From IMG/VR virus record IMGVR_UViG_3300028586_000021, positions 1 through 64,000 of that record: a stretch of 64,000 bases of DNA; one strand, given 5' to 3'. Below, in pieces: positions 18,987-27,846 of the stretch. A model generated the notes under the pieces. The model was not told where the DNA came from, searched no databases, and saw only the letters and a program-made list of their open reading frames with translations. Every line of letters starts with the position of its first letter. The first letter of the stretch is position 1. Origin of the DNA: an uncultured virus (IMG/VR IMGVR_UViG_3300028586_000021). Its lineage: Duplodnaviria; Heunggongvirae; Uroviricota; Caudoviricetes. A program made the position numbers and the translations under genes.

Positions 18987-19568
18987 TTACAGAGTGCCGC
19001 CAATCGCAGTACCTAGACCTAGTTGTTCTAGGACTTGACGTGCGTGGTCGAAACGAACTTGTAGAGTGATAGTCACTGCTTCTGCGGTTGAGTAGTCTAG
19101 ATCGCCGAAGTCTGAACCAGCGATGAAGCAACCTTCTAGTAGCCATTGTTCGACAACAGTTTCGTTACCGTCTAGCTGTTCTAGCTTCATACCAAACTTA
19201 TACGCAGATGCGGTAGCTGCAGTTGCCAACCATGGACCATCAGCACCGATCAACTTTTGCTGAGCTTCTAGTTGATTGCGGATAATGCCTGATGCTTTAC
19301 CAGTGATGTCATCCTGAACGACCAAGTTGCATGGTTCCCACTCGTGCTTACCAGCGATGTACGCTGACGAGTTGTAACGGTCAAGTTTGATTTGTTCGAA
19401 GGTTAGGTTTGGACGAGTAACAGTAACGGCTTGCATGGACAAGTCAGCGGAATTGCCACCAGCCGAAGCACCGATACCAACGAAAGTAACACGCCATCTG
19501 TTCTTTAGCTTTGGCATCAAGATACCATTGCCGACGCCAGGAATACCAGCTTGTGATAGTGTAGCCAT
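18987..19568 (-). CDS. gp19: Tail tube protein
   Basis: Follows the sheath gene; RP.L.F...Y.AGK.EW, W.L.GCF...L.Y pattern of T4 gp19-like tubes. Confidence 0.88.
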   Translation of the reverse strand: MATLSQAGIPGVGNGILMPKLKNRWRVTFVGIGASAGGNSADLSMQAVTVTRPNLTFEQIKLDRYNSSAYIAGKHEWEPCNLVVQDDITGKASGIIRNQLEAQQKLIGADGPWLATAATASAYKFGMKLEQLDGNETVVEQWLLEGCFIAGSDFGDLDYSTAEAVTITLQVRFDHARQVLEQLGLGTAIGGTL

Positions 19569-19646
19569 TTAAATCTCCTTTGTTGTACTTACTTAAATAG
19601 AAAGTATTTCTTCTGATATTTATAAAGAAAGGGGGAATTACGGCCA

Positions 19647-19675
19647 CAAAAAAGGAGACCGAAGTCTCCTTTTTA
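19647..19675 (-). terminator. Intrinsic terminator after the sheath gene, followed by late promoter TATAAATA (19617-19624, minus)
   Basis: AGGAGAC-TTCG-GTCTCCT plus T tract. Confidence 0.75.
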
Positions 19676-19694
19676 TTTATTGCTTAGTGCCTGA

Positions 19695-21326
19695 TTAAGG
19701 CATCTTAGCGCCGGTTGAAAGAACGCGGACTGGGATGTAGATAAATTCAGCAGCTTTCACTGGCTTTAGAGCCACATCGCACCATAGTTCGTTGCGATCG
19801 ATTCGAGTTGCGGTGTTGTTTGAAGCATCGCACAGGGTGACGAAGTCATACAAACCACGCTTAACAAGAATGTCACCTAGGAAACCATCGACCGAAGCCT
19901 TTAGGTTGTCACGGGTGATTTGATCGTTCGGTTCGAATAGGAACGGGAACGCACCTTTACGTAGAGCACGCTTGATGTACATTAGTAGACGAGCCACGTT
20001 AATACGATCAAGTGAAGATGCAGCTGGAGCTGAAGTCTTCTGACCGAACACAACGAAACCACGGCCTGGGAAGTACGCGATTGGGTTGATGTTGGTGTAG
20101 TACTGGTACAAGTTGTCGCGCTGACCTTGGTTTAGGTTCACTTCAACAAACTTGGTTGGGGTACCTAGGGTACCGGTCACGTAACCAGTGGTGCTGATGC
20201 CAGTCACTAGACCACGACGGACACCTGCTGGAGCGAACCATAGTTCTGCAACACTGTCGGAGTAAGCGATGGTACGTAGTGCAATACCCGATGATGCGAC
20301 GAACACATCGATACCGTCTAGGTTTGAAGCTAGAGCGTGTGGGTAGTAGTATGCAACTGACGAGCCGTTCTTACGAGCAGTGGTCTTACCCCATAGAGCG
20401 ACATCATCTGCATTCTTGTCGAATGGAGTATCAGCGATAACGAATGCTTCGTCGTTGATCGACTGTGATAGCGCTAGCATTTCATCCACAACTTCGTGGT
20501 AGCCTGGGCATAGGATTAGGTTGTATTCGTAGGTTTCGGAACGCACTTCTTGGTTGCTGTTGATTTCAGCTTGTAGAGCGGTCACGATAGCAACGCGCTT
20601 AGCAGCATCATTAGCACCTAGCTCTGAACCAACAGTTGATTCGACTAGTTGAACTTCGAAATTGTCGCCAACTTCAAAATCGGTTTCGCCACGAGTGATC
20701 TCGAATGAAATCATACCGTTGTCGTATAGACGACCAGCGCGAGCTTGTAGATCGCTAACGCCGGACACTGAACCGGTCACGCTGAATTCTTCGATGCCGT
20801 CGCCGGTCGAGATGCAGGTTAGGTTCCAGATTTCAGCAGTCTTATTTTCGCCGTTAACAGCGAAGTCGACCAAGTCACCTTTTGGTAGTTCGGATGCGCC
20901 AGAAACGCTAGTGAAAGTTGCATCGCCAGCGACGATCGCGGTTAGCGGTTTGTCAGCTAGGTCAACATCTGCACGAACTGCGTAGCATAGGTTACCGATA
21001 CCCAAGAACTGGGTCATAGCCATTAGGCCATATTCATTGCGTGCATCGCCGTGTAGCTGACGACGTTGTGAAACTGGTAGAGTCGAATCTTCTGCCGCGG
21101 TACGGAAGGCAGGCACGCCATATGACTGGGTCAATTGGCCGATTGACGTAATGGTGCGAACAACTGAATGTTCGTTGGTGTATGCGGCTGTTGACACGCC
21201 ATCTGGTTGCTTCTTGTTCGCTTGAGTTGCGATAAAGAACAATGGCACGGTAGGCGCGGACACTGGGATGAAAAAGCTTTCATCAATGATGGTCACGCTT
21301 ACGCCAGCACTTACTAAAGTAGCCAT
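19695..21326 (-). CDS. gp18: Contractile tail sheath protein
   Basis: LVSAGVSV N-terminus; WFAPAG.RRG, INPI, GQKT, RINVARL, FEPND, KPVKAAEFIY. Confidence 0.95.
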   Translation of the reverse strand: MATLVSAGVSVTIIDESFFIPVSAPTVPLFFIATQANKKQPDGVSTAAYTNEHSVVRTITSIGQLTQSYGVPAFRTAAEDSTLPVSQRRQLHGDARNEYGLMAMTQFLGIGNLCYAVRADVDLADKPLTAIVAGDATFTSVSGASELPKGDLVDFAVNGENKTAEIWNLTCISTGDGIEEFSVTGSVSGVSDLQARAGRLYDNGMISFEITRGETDFEVGDNFEVQLVESTVGSELGANDAAKRVAIVTALQAEINSNQEVRSETYEYNLILCPGYHEVVDEMLALSQSINDEAFVIADTPFDKNADDVALWGKTTARKNGSSVAYYYPHALASNLDGIDVFVASSGIALRTIAYSDSVAELWFAPAGVRRGLVTGISTTGYVTGTLGTPTKFVEVNLNQGQRDNLYQYYTNINPIAYFPGRGFVVFGQKTSAPAASSLDRINVARLLMYIKRALRKGAFPFLFEPNDQITRDNLKASVDGFLGDILVKRGLYDFVTLCDASNNTATRIDRNELWCDVALKPVKAAEFIYIPVRVLSTGAKMP

Positions 21327-21359
21327 GTTAAATCTCCTTGTTTATGTTTCGCACATTAG

Positions 21360-21417
21360 GTGCACGAATTCTCATTACTCTTTCATTCTATTTATTAAAT
21401 TACAAGAATTCGTGCAC
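21360..21417 (-). promoter_or_regulatory. Late promoter AATAAATA (21389-21396) enclosed by a 13-bp inverted repeat
   Basis: GTGCACGAATTCT...AGAATTCGTGCAC upstream of the sheath gene. Confidence 0.6.
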
Positions 21418-21431
21418 GAATTAGCGGTAGA

Positions 21432-22187
21432 TTATGGTATGTTGCCGTCAAGCTCCATTGATCCCCAAACCTCACCAGAGAATGGCATAAGGTCGCCGGA
21501 TGAATCGTATTCGTTCAATGCAAAACCATCGAGATCACCAAAGCGCATAACGATCTTCTTGACGAGATTTTCTTTCAAATCCATTGGTGGAGTAATCCAC
21601 GATTCCATGCGGAAGTTCAAAGTCCAAACGATCATTCGTTTCTCTGTACCGATTGGATAATTCTCCTCTTGCTGAACACTCAAGAGTTCCACATTAGTTT
21701 GACGTGACCAGTCATATGGTGAATCGTTCGTCTGAATCTGTAGCGTCGGATCAAAGATGATCAGAATCTGTTCAAGAATCTGGAACATTTGATCCATGTT
21801 CGACGAGTAAATTGCCAACTCAAAGGTCAAGTTGTACGGGATCGGCATGTAGCGTTCCATGACTTTCAAGTCTTGTGGATACACGCCGCCTTGTGGCATG
21901 ATGGTTTTACGCTCGGTCATGCCAACGCCTTTGCGACGTTCTGGGGCCAACTCAACCTCCAACAAGTATGTTGACATCACTGGGAGAGTCAACATCTTGT
22001 TTTGGGTAAAGCCATTTGATACTGCAGCCACCACGCGGTCGATTGAACCATAGCGAACTGGTACCTCTAGCGCGTGACGTTCACCATCTTCACGAACACC
22101 AGTCAGAACTTGTAAGCCTGAAAAGATGGACGAGAACTGTGTGATGGCTCTCTTAAACTGCTCGTTGTAGTAGTAGGATGTAATCAT
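21432..22187 (-). CDS. gp15: Tail sheath stabilizer / tail terminator
   Basis: YYYNEQFKR, VPVRYG, PIPYNLTFEL, QILEQIL..F.P, W.L.F motifs. Confidence 0.85.
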   Translation of the reverse strand: MITSYYYNEQFKRAITQFSSIFSGLQVLTGVREDGERHALEVPVRYGSIDRVVAAVSNGFTQNKMLTLPVMSTYLLEVELAPERRKGVGMTERKTIMPQGGVYPQDLKVMERYMPIPYNLTFELAIYSSNMDQMFQILEQILIIFDPTLQIQTNDSPYDWSRQTNVELLSVQQEENYPIGTEKRMIVWTLNFRMESWITPPMDLKENLVKKIVMRFGDLDGFALNEYDSSGDLMPFSGEVWGSMELDGNIP

Positions 22188-23683
22188 ACTTTCTCCGTAA
22201 TGTCTCTCTTAGTTGTTGATTCTAGTTTCGCACGGATCGAAGGACGATACGACGATTGCTCCATTCGGCGATCAGTCTCGAGGTAAATCCAACGATTCTT
22301 CACGTGGTTCCATTGGAATAGTTTTGGCGGCAAGCGGTGATCATCCGGATAAGTCATGCGATGGAAGTCATCATTCTTTGGCTTCTCTGGGAACTTAGGT
22401 CCTTCGGTGAATGGTGCATTGTTTGGCGGCATACCATCTTCGACACCATAGTCGCGGCCGTCGTAGGAACCCTTCTCGTTGAACAAGTTCATGCCGCTCT
22501 GCAACTCACTGGTATCAGCACCAGTCTCTGGCACATCGTCAATAGCCTTCTTGAAGATCGCTTCAGTCGACTCTTGACCAAGCATATTCAACGGCGAATC
22601 GTTTGCCATAAAGTCAGCATCAACCAAAGTGTCGTAGCCTTTGTTTGACTTGAACAAGTCCATATTCTCTTGGGACGCAATCGCTGGGGTTGCAGTAAAG
22701 CGGAACAAAATAGGCTTCCAACCTGGCGCATAGCCATCAATCGCCCACGTGGTATCAATGACTTCAAGCCATTTGCGAACACCATTCAGCTTCGCGTCGT
22801 ATTGCATTTCGTTAGGCAGTTCGATGATGTCACCCATGACCACAGGACGTCCTAGGAGCTCCACCATGCGCGCGAACGAAACAGTGAAGATGTATTGCTG
22901 AGGAAGATCGATACCGAACTTCGTGAGCTCTGTTTGAACGTCGATCAAGTCATAGTGAGCACGCAATTGGATTGAGATGTCTGCATAGTCTCGATCACGA
23001 TTCTCCAAGAAGATCATGTCTTGGATGTTGTCCAAATTGGTTTGGGTGTAGTTCATGAATTGTAGGTGAACAACCTCCCATGAATCGGTAGGGCCGCCAG
23101 CAAAGTAGATTGGGACGATACGCCAGATTTGGGATGGCGCAGATTGGCGCAGGGCGATCGTCTCGAGCTCGCCCGAGTTAGGCAAGTTGAATACGTCTGC
23201 CCTCTTCCAAGTCACCCCTCCGTCGTCTGAACGTTCCAGGCGTGCTTGCAATACACGCTTTGCCGGATCAGCGCTCTGCTTGATACGAAGGGTCGTAATC
23301 TCTTGACGAACGGGTGCTGCTGGTGCATAGCGTTCTGTACCCATCAAGTTCTTCTTGGTGCCGAAGTTGTAACCAAGGAATGATTGAAGAACTTGTTCGC
23401 CGGTTTGTGCCGATGCCCAAGGTGCATCGTTAGCGTTGAATGCATCGCCAACCAAAGTGCCTGGCGTAGAGCCGGACGAAATTGGATTACCTGATCCGGT
23501 CAGGTCTTGTAGTTGGCCTTGCTCGTGGACGCCAAGCATACGGAAAACATTGACCTTAGCACCAGAGATTTCTAGTGCTTGCGCAGCCACGTTTTCCATA
23601 TAAGCGGTATCTCTACCGCCACATGCATCCGAGTTAAGGTCCCAAGTACCAAGTTCAATTGTAGGTGCTTGATATTGAGTCAT
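22184..23683 (-). CDS. Neck/head-closure protein (gp14-like) with an inserted discoidin-like domain
   Basis: Position between gp13 and gp15; FLENRDRDY, LTKFGI, LGRP..GDIIELP; internal F5/8-like segment. Confidence 0.65.
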   Translation of the reverse strand: MTQYQAPTIELGTWDLNSDACGGRDTAYMENVAAQALEISGAKVNVFRMLGVHEQGQLQDLTGSGNPISSGSTPGTLVGDAFNANDAPWASAQTGEQVLQSFLGYNFGTKKNLMGTERYAPAAPVRQEITTLRIKQSADPAKRVLQARLERSDDGGVTWKRADVFNLPNSGELETIALRQSAPSQIWRIVPIYFAGGPTDSWEVVHLQFMNYTQTNLDNIQDMIFLENRDRDYADISIQLRAHYDLIDVQTELTKFGIDLPQQYIFTVSFARMVELLGRPVVMGDIIELPNEMQYDAKLNGVRKWLEVIDTTWAIDGYAPGWKPILFRFTATPAIASQENMDLFKSNKGYDTLVDADFMANDSPLNMLGQESTEAIFKKAIDDVPETGADTSELQSGMNLFNEKGSYDGRDYGVEDGMPPNNAPFTEGPKFPEKPKNDDFHRMTYPDDHRLPPKLFQWNHVKNRWIYLETDRRMEQSSYRPSIRAKLESTTKRDITEKV

Positions 23684-23693
23684 TTTGTTTCCT

Positions 23694-24044
23694 TTATTTT
23701 GGGAGTCTTACCATTTCAGGCCATGTCGTTTTTTCGAATCCATTCTTCCGGTACAGTGAAACTAGACGATCAAAGTCCGTATCCTCATCAGGAAGAATAT
23801 TCAAACGCAGCTTGTAGCCATGTTCGTCTGCATACTTAGTGACAGCGGCCATCAACTCTCGAGCGCCGCCTTGACCACGAGTGTCATCTGGAGTTTCCAC
23901 ATTTGTCAGCAACATGAATTCGCCTTGATCGACTAGCTCCGCAGTGGAGCCAGTCTTATCATGCTGAAAGTATGTTCGGTCTTTGTGTTTTGTACCTGGT
24001 CTGATTGTCACCGATTCAAGAAGTTCAGCAAGCTTCATGATCAA
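23694..24044 (-). CDS. GNAT family acetyltransferase
   Basis: TRGQGGARELM (acetyl-CoA motif A) and LVSLYRKNGF. Confidence 0.85.
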   Translation of the reverse strand: MIMKLAELLESVTIRPGTKHKDRTYFQHDKTGSTAELVDQGEFMLLTNVETPDDTRGQGGARELMAAVTKYADEHGYKLRLNILPDEDTDFDRLVSLYRKNGFEKTTWPEMVRLPK

Positions 24045-25519
24045 CCCATCATGAATGAGTAGTTACCGAATGTTGCACCACCGTTACCAACTTCGAAGTC
24101 CATGATTTGGCGTAGCAATTCCGTTTGGTCCTCACGAGCTTCAGCTAGAAGTTCAGAGCCATTTAGTGATACGCCACCACCAGCACCCGGCAATGATTGA
24201 TATTTAGCGCGAATGTGTCCAAGCATCATCTTGACTTCGGATGAAGCCCAACCTTGTAGCCACTGAGTTGCATAACGATCGACTAGCAATTCTTGTTCAG
24301 TACGTTCGCCGACGCATTCGATTAGTAGACGTTCATCAGCTTGTAGGCGACGCAGTAGTTGCATTTGGCGTGAAGCTTCATTCCAACGGAAGCCAATCTC
24401 ACCAGCGAAGATTTGTGAGAACTGTTCCGCATATGCGTTGACCAAGTGGATCGATGTTAGATCGACAACGCCAGGTGCATACATTTGCTGCAAGAATGAT
24501 TGGCCGTAAATGCCATCTTGACCAGCAGCGATTAGGCCTAGACCAGAGACACGGTGAACCTTGATGATGTCGACGATACGATTGGTGCCAGTGACTGGAT
24601 CATTTAGGTAGTAAATGTCTTGATGCTTCTTTGCTGGGATCGTGAAGTAACGAAGGTTATATGCGTTGTCGCAACGGCGACGGAACTCTTCAAGAGCATT
24701 GTCGATAGCAAGTTGGAAGCTGCCTTCATCCAGCTCGACGCACAGAGTTGGCCAACCCATTTGGCGCTTGACGTTATTGATCAGCTTAGCACGTTCATCG
24801 CTCGAGCCATCGGTGCCGGCTGGCTTTTGGGTTAGTGGCAGACCTTCGTTTGCGGTGTTCGCTTGATTGAACTTGGTGCCATCGAAGCAGTAAAGCTTTT
24901 CGGTGATCTTGTTGTAGAAGAATTGGCCGACCTGTGCGTTCTTTGGTTCTTCATTTGCAACGATGGTAGTACCGACGCCAGCCGGAACCCATGTGCCACC
25001 GGCCCACATCGTTACCTTACCGGTCTGGGTGTTGTAGTACACCTGACCCATGGTTGGATTTAGAGGCGGCAGGGAAGCGGACGGGATGTCGCCTGAGAAG
25101 GTGCTAGTAGTCTGCTTCTGAATGAAGCTAGGGCGGCCATTAGTGAAGTACTGGAGTGTATTCGTAACAGCATGTCCCAACGCAAAGTAGACATCGTCCG
25201 GGTCAAGGTTGATGACGTTGACCGAGTTGGTGATCTTGTCGCCGTAGAGAGCACAGACAACAGGCGCATTGCCGATCGAATCATTAAGAGCTACAAGATT
25301 TTGGGATGCAGTGTATCGCTTTCCGTCTACCGGAAAGTTTGATGGTGTTTGTGCTGAAGTCTTTAGGGTGGCGACGAAGCCGTCGTACCAGTACAAGTCT
25401 TTTGGGAGATTCCAGCTGATGGTGCCGGTGGTAGGAGAAGTTCTAGTGAATGTAACTAGAATGTCTGAACCTTCGATGTTTAGCGAATCTTCGTCCGCAT
25501 TCTTTTCTGGATCGATCAT
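24041..25519 (-). CDS. gp13: Neck protein (gp13-like) with an N-terminal extension
   Basis: C-terminal half: MG.P...VEL...IDNAL..F...LG..R.KY..LPG.GG..LNG. Confidence 0.8.
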   Translation of the reverse strand: MIDPEKNADEDSLNIEGSDILVTFTRTSPTTGTISWNLPKDLYWYDGFVATLKTSAQTPSNFPVDGKRYTASQNLVALNDSIGNAPVVCALYGDKITNSVNVINLDPDDVYFALGHAVTNTLQYFTNGRPSFIQKQTTSTFSGDIPSASLPPLNPTMGQVYYNTQTGKVTMWAGGTWVPAGVGTTIVANEEPKNAQVGQFFYNKITEKLYCFDGTKFNQANTANEGLPLTQKPAGTDGSSDERAKLINNVKRQMGWPTLCVELDEGSFQLAIDNALEEFRRRCDNAYNLRYFTIPAKKHQDIYYLNDPVTGTNRIVDIIKVHRVSGLGLIAAGQDGIYGQSFLQQMYAPGVVDLTSIHLVNAYAEQFSQIFAGEIGFRWNEASRQMQLLRRLQADERLLIECVGERTEQELLVDRYATQWLQGWASSEVKMMLGHIRAKYQSLPGAGGGVSLNGSELLAEAREDQTELLRQIMDFEVGNGGATFGNYSFMMG

Positions 25520-25548
25520 ATGTTCCTTCTTTCGGTTTTAAGTCGTTG

Positions 25549-25565
25549 GATAAATAATATTTATC
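25549..25565. promoter_or_regulatory. Paired late promoters on opposite strands (GATAAATA-A-TATTTATC)
   Basis: Perfect 8-bp inverted repeat between divergent genes. Confidence 0.6.
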
Positions 25566-25602
25566 GACAACATACTTAAACGGCGAGAGCCATGGAGACA
25601 AT

Positions 25603-26241
25603 ATGAAACTAGAACTAATGATAGAGCTTCTAAGCGAAGCCGCGCAAGAAGCACGCTCGTTTGACATCCAAGAAATCGTCAAGACCTTCAAAAACAAGGC
25701 TGACATCGAGAAACACCTACGTAAGCTATGGGGCAGCAAGCACCTAACCTTCCGTGGTCAACCATTCTTCGCGAATGATCAAGACGGCGCAGTGATCAAA
25801 GGCGCTAAGAAAGCAGTCGATCGCGAACTCAAAGGTACGATTGACATCGACCTAGAATATAAGTCTGAGCAAGACGTTTTCGACATCACGGTTGATGAGG
25901 TCAAACTAGTTTACATGGGTTACTCACAGAGCAACGATATGCTTTACCTGGGCTACGACGTCTGGATGAATGGTGAAGAAATCGAAAATGCTTTTGACAA
26001 GCTTTACGAGAAAGAGACTGGCGAAGAGTTCAACATCGACGATCCAGAAATGGAAAAGGAATTTATGGCTTGGCGCAAGAAGTACGATGCATTCTTCGGC
26101 GCTCTAGTTGAAGTTCGTTCGGATGATGGTAAGAGATTTGAGGCCGACCTACTACACGCAGACGCTGGTGGATTCTACAAAGGTATCGCCAAAGGATACC
26201 AGTACAAGTCGATGAAGCTGATCGACCTAATGAATTCCTAA
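25603..26241 (+). CDS. Hypothetical late protein (possible internal head protein)
   Basis: GGAG RBS, late promoter, CTA-rich codons, MKLELMIELLSE N-terminus. Confidence 0.75.
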   Translation: MKLELMIELLSEAAQEARSFDIQEIVKTFKNKADIEKHLRKLWGSKHLTFRGQPFFANDQDGAVIKGAKKAVDRELKGTIDIDLEYKSEQDVFDITVDEVKLVYMGYSQSNDMLYLGYDVWMNGEEIENAFDKLYEKETGEEFNIDDPEMEKEFMAWRKKYDAFFGALVEVRSDDGKRFEADLLHADAGGFYKGIAKGYQYKSMKLIDLMNS

Positions 26242-26255
26242 TTCTTAGGAGAAAC

Positions 26256-26288
26256 AAAAATGGGACCCACTGGGTCCCATTTCTTTTT
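26256..26288. terminator. Bidirectional terminator
   Basis: AAATGGGACCCA-C-TGGGTCCCATTT between convergent genes. Confidence 0.75.
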
Positions 26289-26303
26289 GTCGGACGACTT
26301 GGC

Positions 26304-26966
26304 TTATGCTGCTGCCGACGCTTCCGGTGCGTTGGCTGGCTGGGTCGCTTCTGGTGCTGCCACCAGACCGAAGCCGTTCGGGAAGTGCTTGGCGATTTCC
26401 GGCTTCATCGGGGTGCCGTCCTTCGGCTGGAACTGGAAGGTCTTGGCATCCTTGTCCTTGACCAGGTTCATGACGAAGCGGTCGTTCTGGGCGCGGAGGA
26501 TCGAGATGTACTGGTGGGCGATCTTCTCGGTCACGTTGCACTTCTCCATCAGTTCCTTGACGGTGTAGATTTTGAAGGCGGAGCCGTCTTCGGTCTTCTC
26601 GAGGAAGGCACGCTTCATTTTCTGCAGAGCCGAGTCGCGCTCTTTACGCGGTGCCGGGTCCTTCTTGGCAGCTTCGGCGAGCTTGGCCTGTTCGGTTTCG
26701 TCGAGCTGGACCAGCTTGGTCACGTCCATGGCTTCCAGGGCGGCCATCACCTTTTCGATGGCTTTGTCCTTGGCGATCGAGAACTTCTTGTTCTCCTTGC
26801 CGGTCGCGTTGTTGTAGATCGTGGTGAGTTGCGCCAGGCTCAGCGCTTCCATGTCCTTGCCGGTCTTGACGGCGATCGCATCATTCAGCTGGATGTTCTT
26901 CACGTTGGCGACGATGCCGCTGATCGAACCGGTTGCCGAGATGATGAAGGTGGTTGCTTTAGCCAT
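26304..26966 (-). CDS. Early Lys/Ala-rich putative DNA-binding protein (C-terminal winged-HTH-like)
   Basis: YTVKELMEKCNVTEKIAHQYISILR HTH-like segment; AAGGAG RBS; host-like codons. Confidence 0.7.
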   Translation of the reverse strand: MAKATTFIISATGSISGIVANVKNIQLNDAIAVKTGKDMEALSLAQLTTIYNNATGKENKKFSIAKDKAIEKVMAALEAMDVTKLVQLDETEQAKLAEAAKKDPAPRKERDSALQKMKRAFLEKTEDGSAFKIYTVKELMEKCNVTEKIAHQYISILRAQNDRFVMNLVKDKDAKTFQFQPKDGTPMKPEIAKHFPNGFGLVAAPEATQPANAPEASAAA

Positions 26967-27031
26967 GGTGAAACTCCTTAAAAAGATTTAGATTTGGATT
27001 CGAACTTGTTTTTGTTTCAGATCATGTTGTT

Positions 27032-27060
27032 ATAGTACCATGACCTTTTTAGCTTGTACA
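27032..27060 (-). promoter_or_regulatory. Early promoter TGTACA-N17-TACTAT
   Basis: Matches the repeated early promoter motif. Confidence 0.65.
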
Positions 27061-27138
27061 CTGCTTTTTGAAACTTTTCTCACCGCACTTTTTTGATACA
27101 GGTTGAAGTCATCCCCAACCCATATCTTTACGCATTAC

Positions 27139-27498
27139 TTAGCTCGTGACTTTCAGCTGGTCCAGGGTTTTGCCATCGGCCAGGGCAGCGTTCACCCATT
27201 TCGGGCGAGCACCGCGGCCGGTCCAGGTTTGGGTTGCGTCGGTTGGGTTGCGGAACTTGACTTCGGCCGCTGCACGGGATTGGGTCACCGCCTTGGTGCC
27301 GAGGATTTCGGAGAGTGGCAGGCCGATGCGGTTCGCGATTTCACGGATTTGTTCACGGGCCTGGTTCACTTCACGAACTTCGGCTTGGGTGATGCGCTGG
27401 TCGATCATCATGCGGAGTTGCTTCAGATCGGACGAATTCAGCGCCAGGGTGTCGAGGTTGGAAGCCAGTTGTGCTACCGCTTGCGACGTTTGTGTCAT
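27139..27498 (-). CDS. hns: H-NS family nucleoid-associated protein
   Basis: N-terminal coiled coil; C-terminal KFRNP...TWTGRGARPKW; AGGAG RBS before ATG 27498. Confidence 0.9.
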   Translation of the reverse strand: MTQTSQAVAQLASNLDTLALNSSDLKQLRMMIDQRITQAEVREVNQAREQIREIANRIGLPLSEILGTKAVTQSRAAAEVKFRNPTDATQTWTGRGARPKWVNAALADGKTLDQLKVTS

Positions 27499-27555
27499 TT
27501 CGCTTCTCCTATTAGATTCATCATTTGGTTCGACGTTCATGTTGTCGATGTAGCT

Positions 27556-27584
27556 ATATTATCCAGTCGTTTTCATTCTGTACA
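27556..27584 (-). promoter_or_regulatory. Early promoter TGTACA-N17-TAATAT
   Basis: Followed by AGCTACATCG, as at 33825 and 42312. Confidence 0.65.
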
Positions 27585-27595
27585 CTGGAAAATGC

Positions 27596-27627
27596 AAAAG
27601 GCCCTTAAATTTCTTTAAGGGCCTTTC
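27596..27627. terminator. Intrinsic terminator
   Basis: AAAGGCCCTTAAA...TTTAAGGGCCTTT inverted repeat. Confidence 0.65.
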
Positions 27628-27647
27628 TTGTATCTATATAGACACAA

Positions 27648-27845
27648 TTAGTACAGAGTGTCTTCTTTCAGGTTCGACTGGTCGTAGGCGATCATCATCA
27701 GAAGGATCGGCCAGATCAGGACAACAGCGAAGTTGTCTTCACAGTCACGAGCCAGCTTACAATGCTTGACCCGCTTGAAGATGCGCATCACTCCATAGCC
27801 AAGTGACGCATGCATGAATGCCCAAAGGACTAGAAACAGTTCCAT
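27648..27845 (-). CDS. Small membrane protein
   Basis: Two hydrophobic segments; ATG directly after the RNA ligase stop. Confidence 0.6.
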   Translation of the reverse strand: MELFLVLWAFMHASLGYGVMRIFKRVKHCKLARDCEDNFAVVLIWPILLMMIAYDQSNLKEDTLY

Positions 27846-27846
27846 A

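Noticed and set aside
18895..19146. Arg-rich protamine-like ORF
   Set aside because: Overlaps the tube gene out of frame and runs through a hairpin; no RBS
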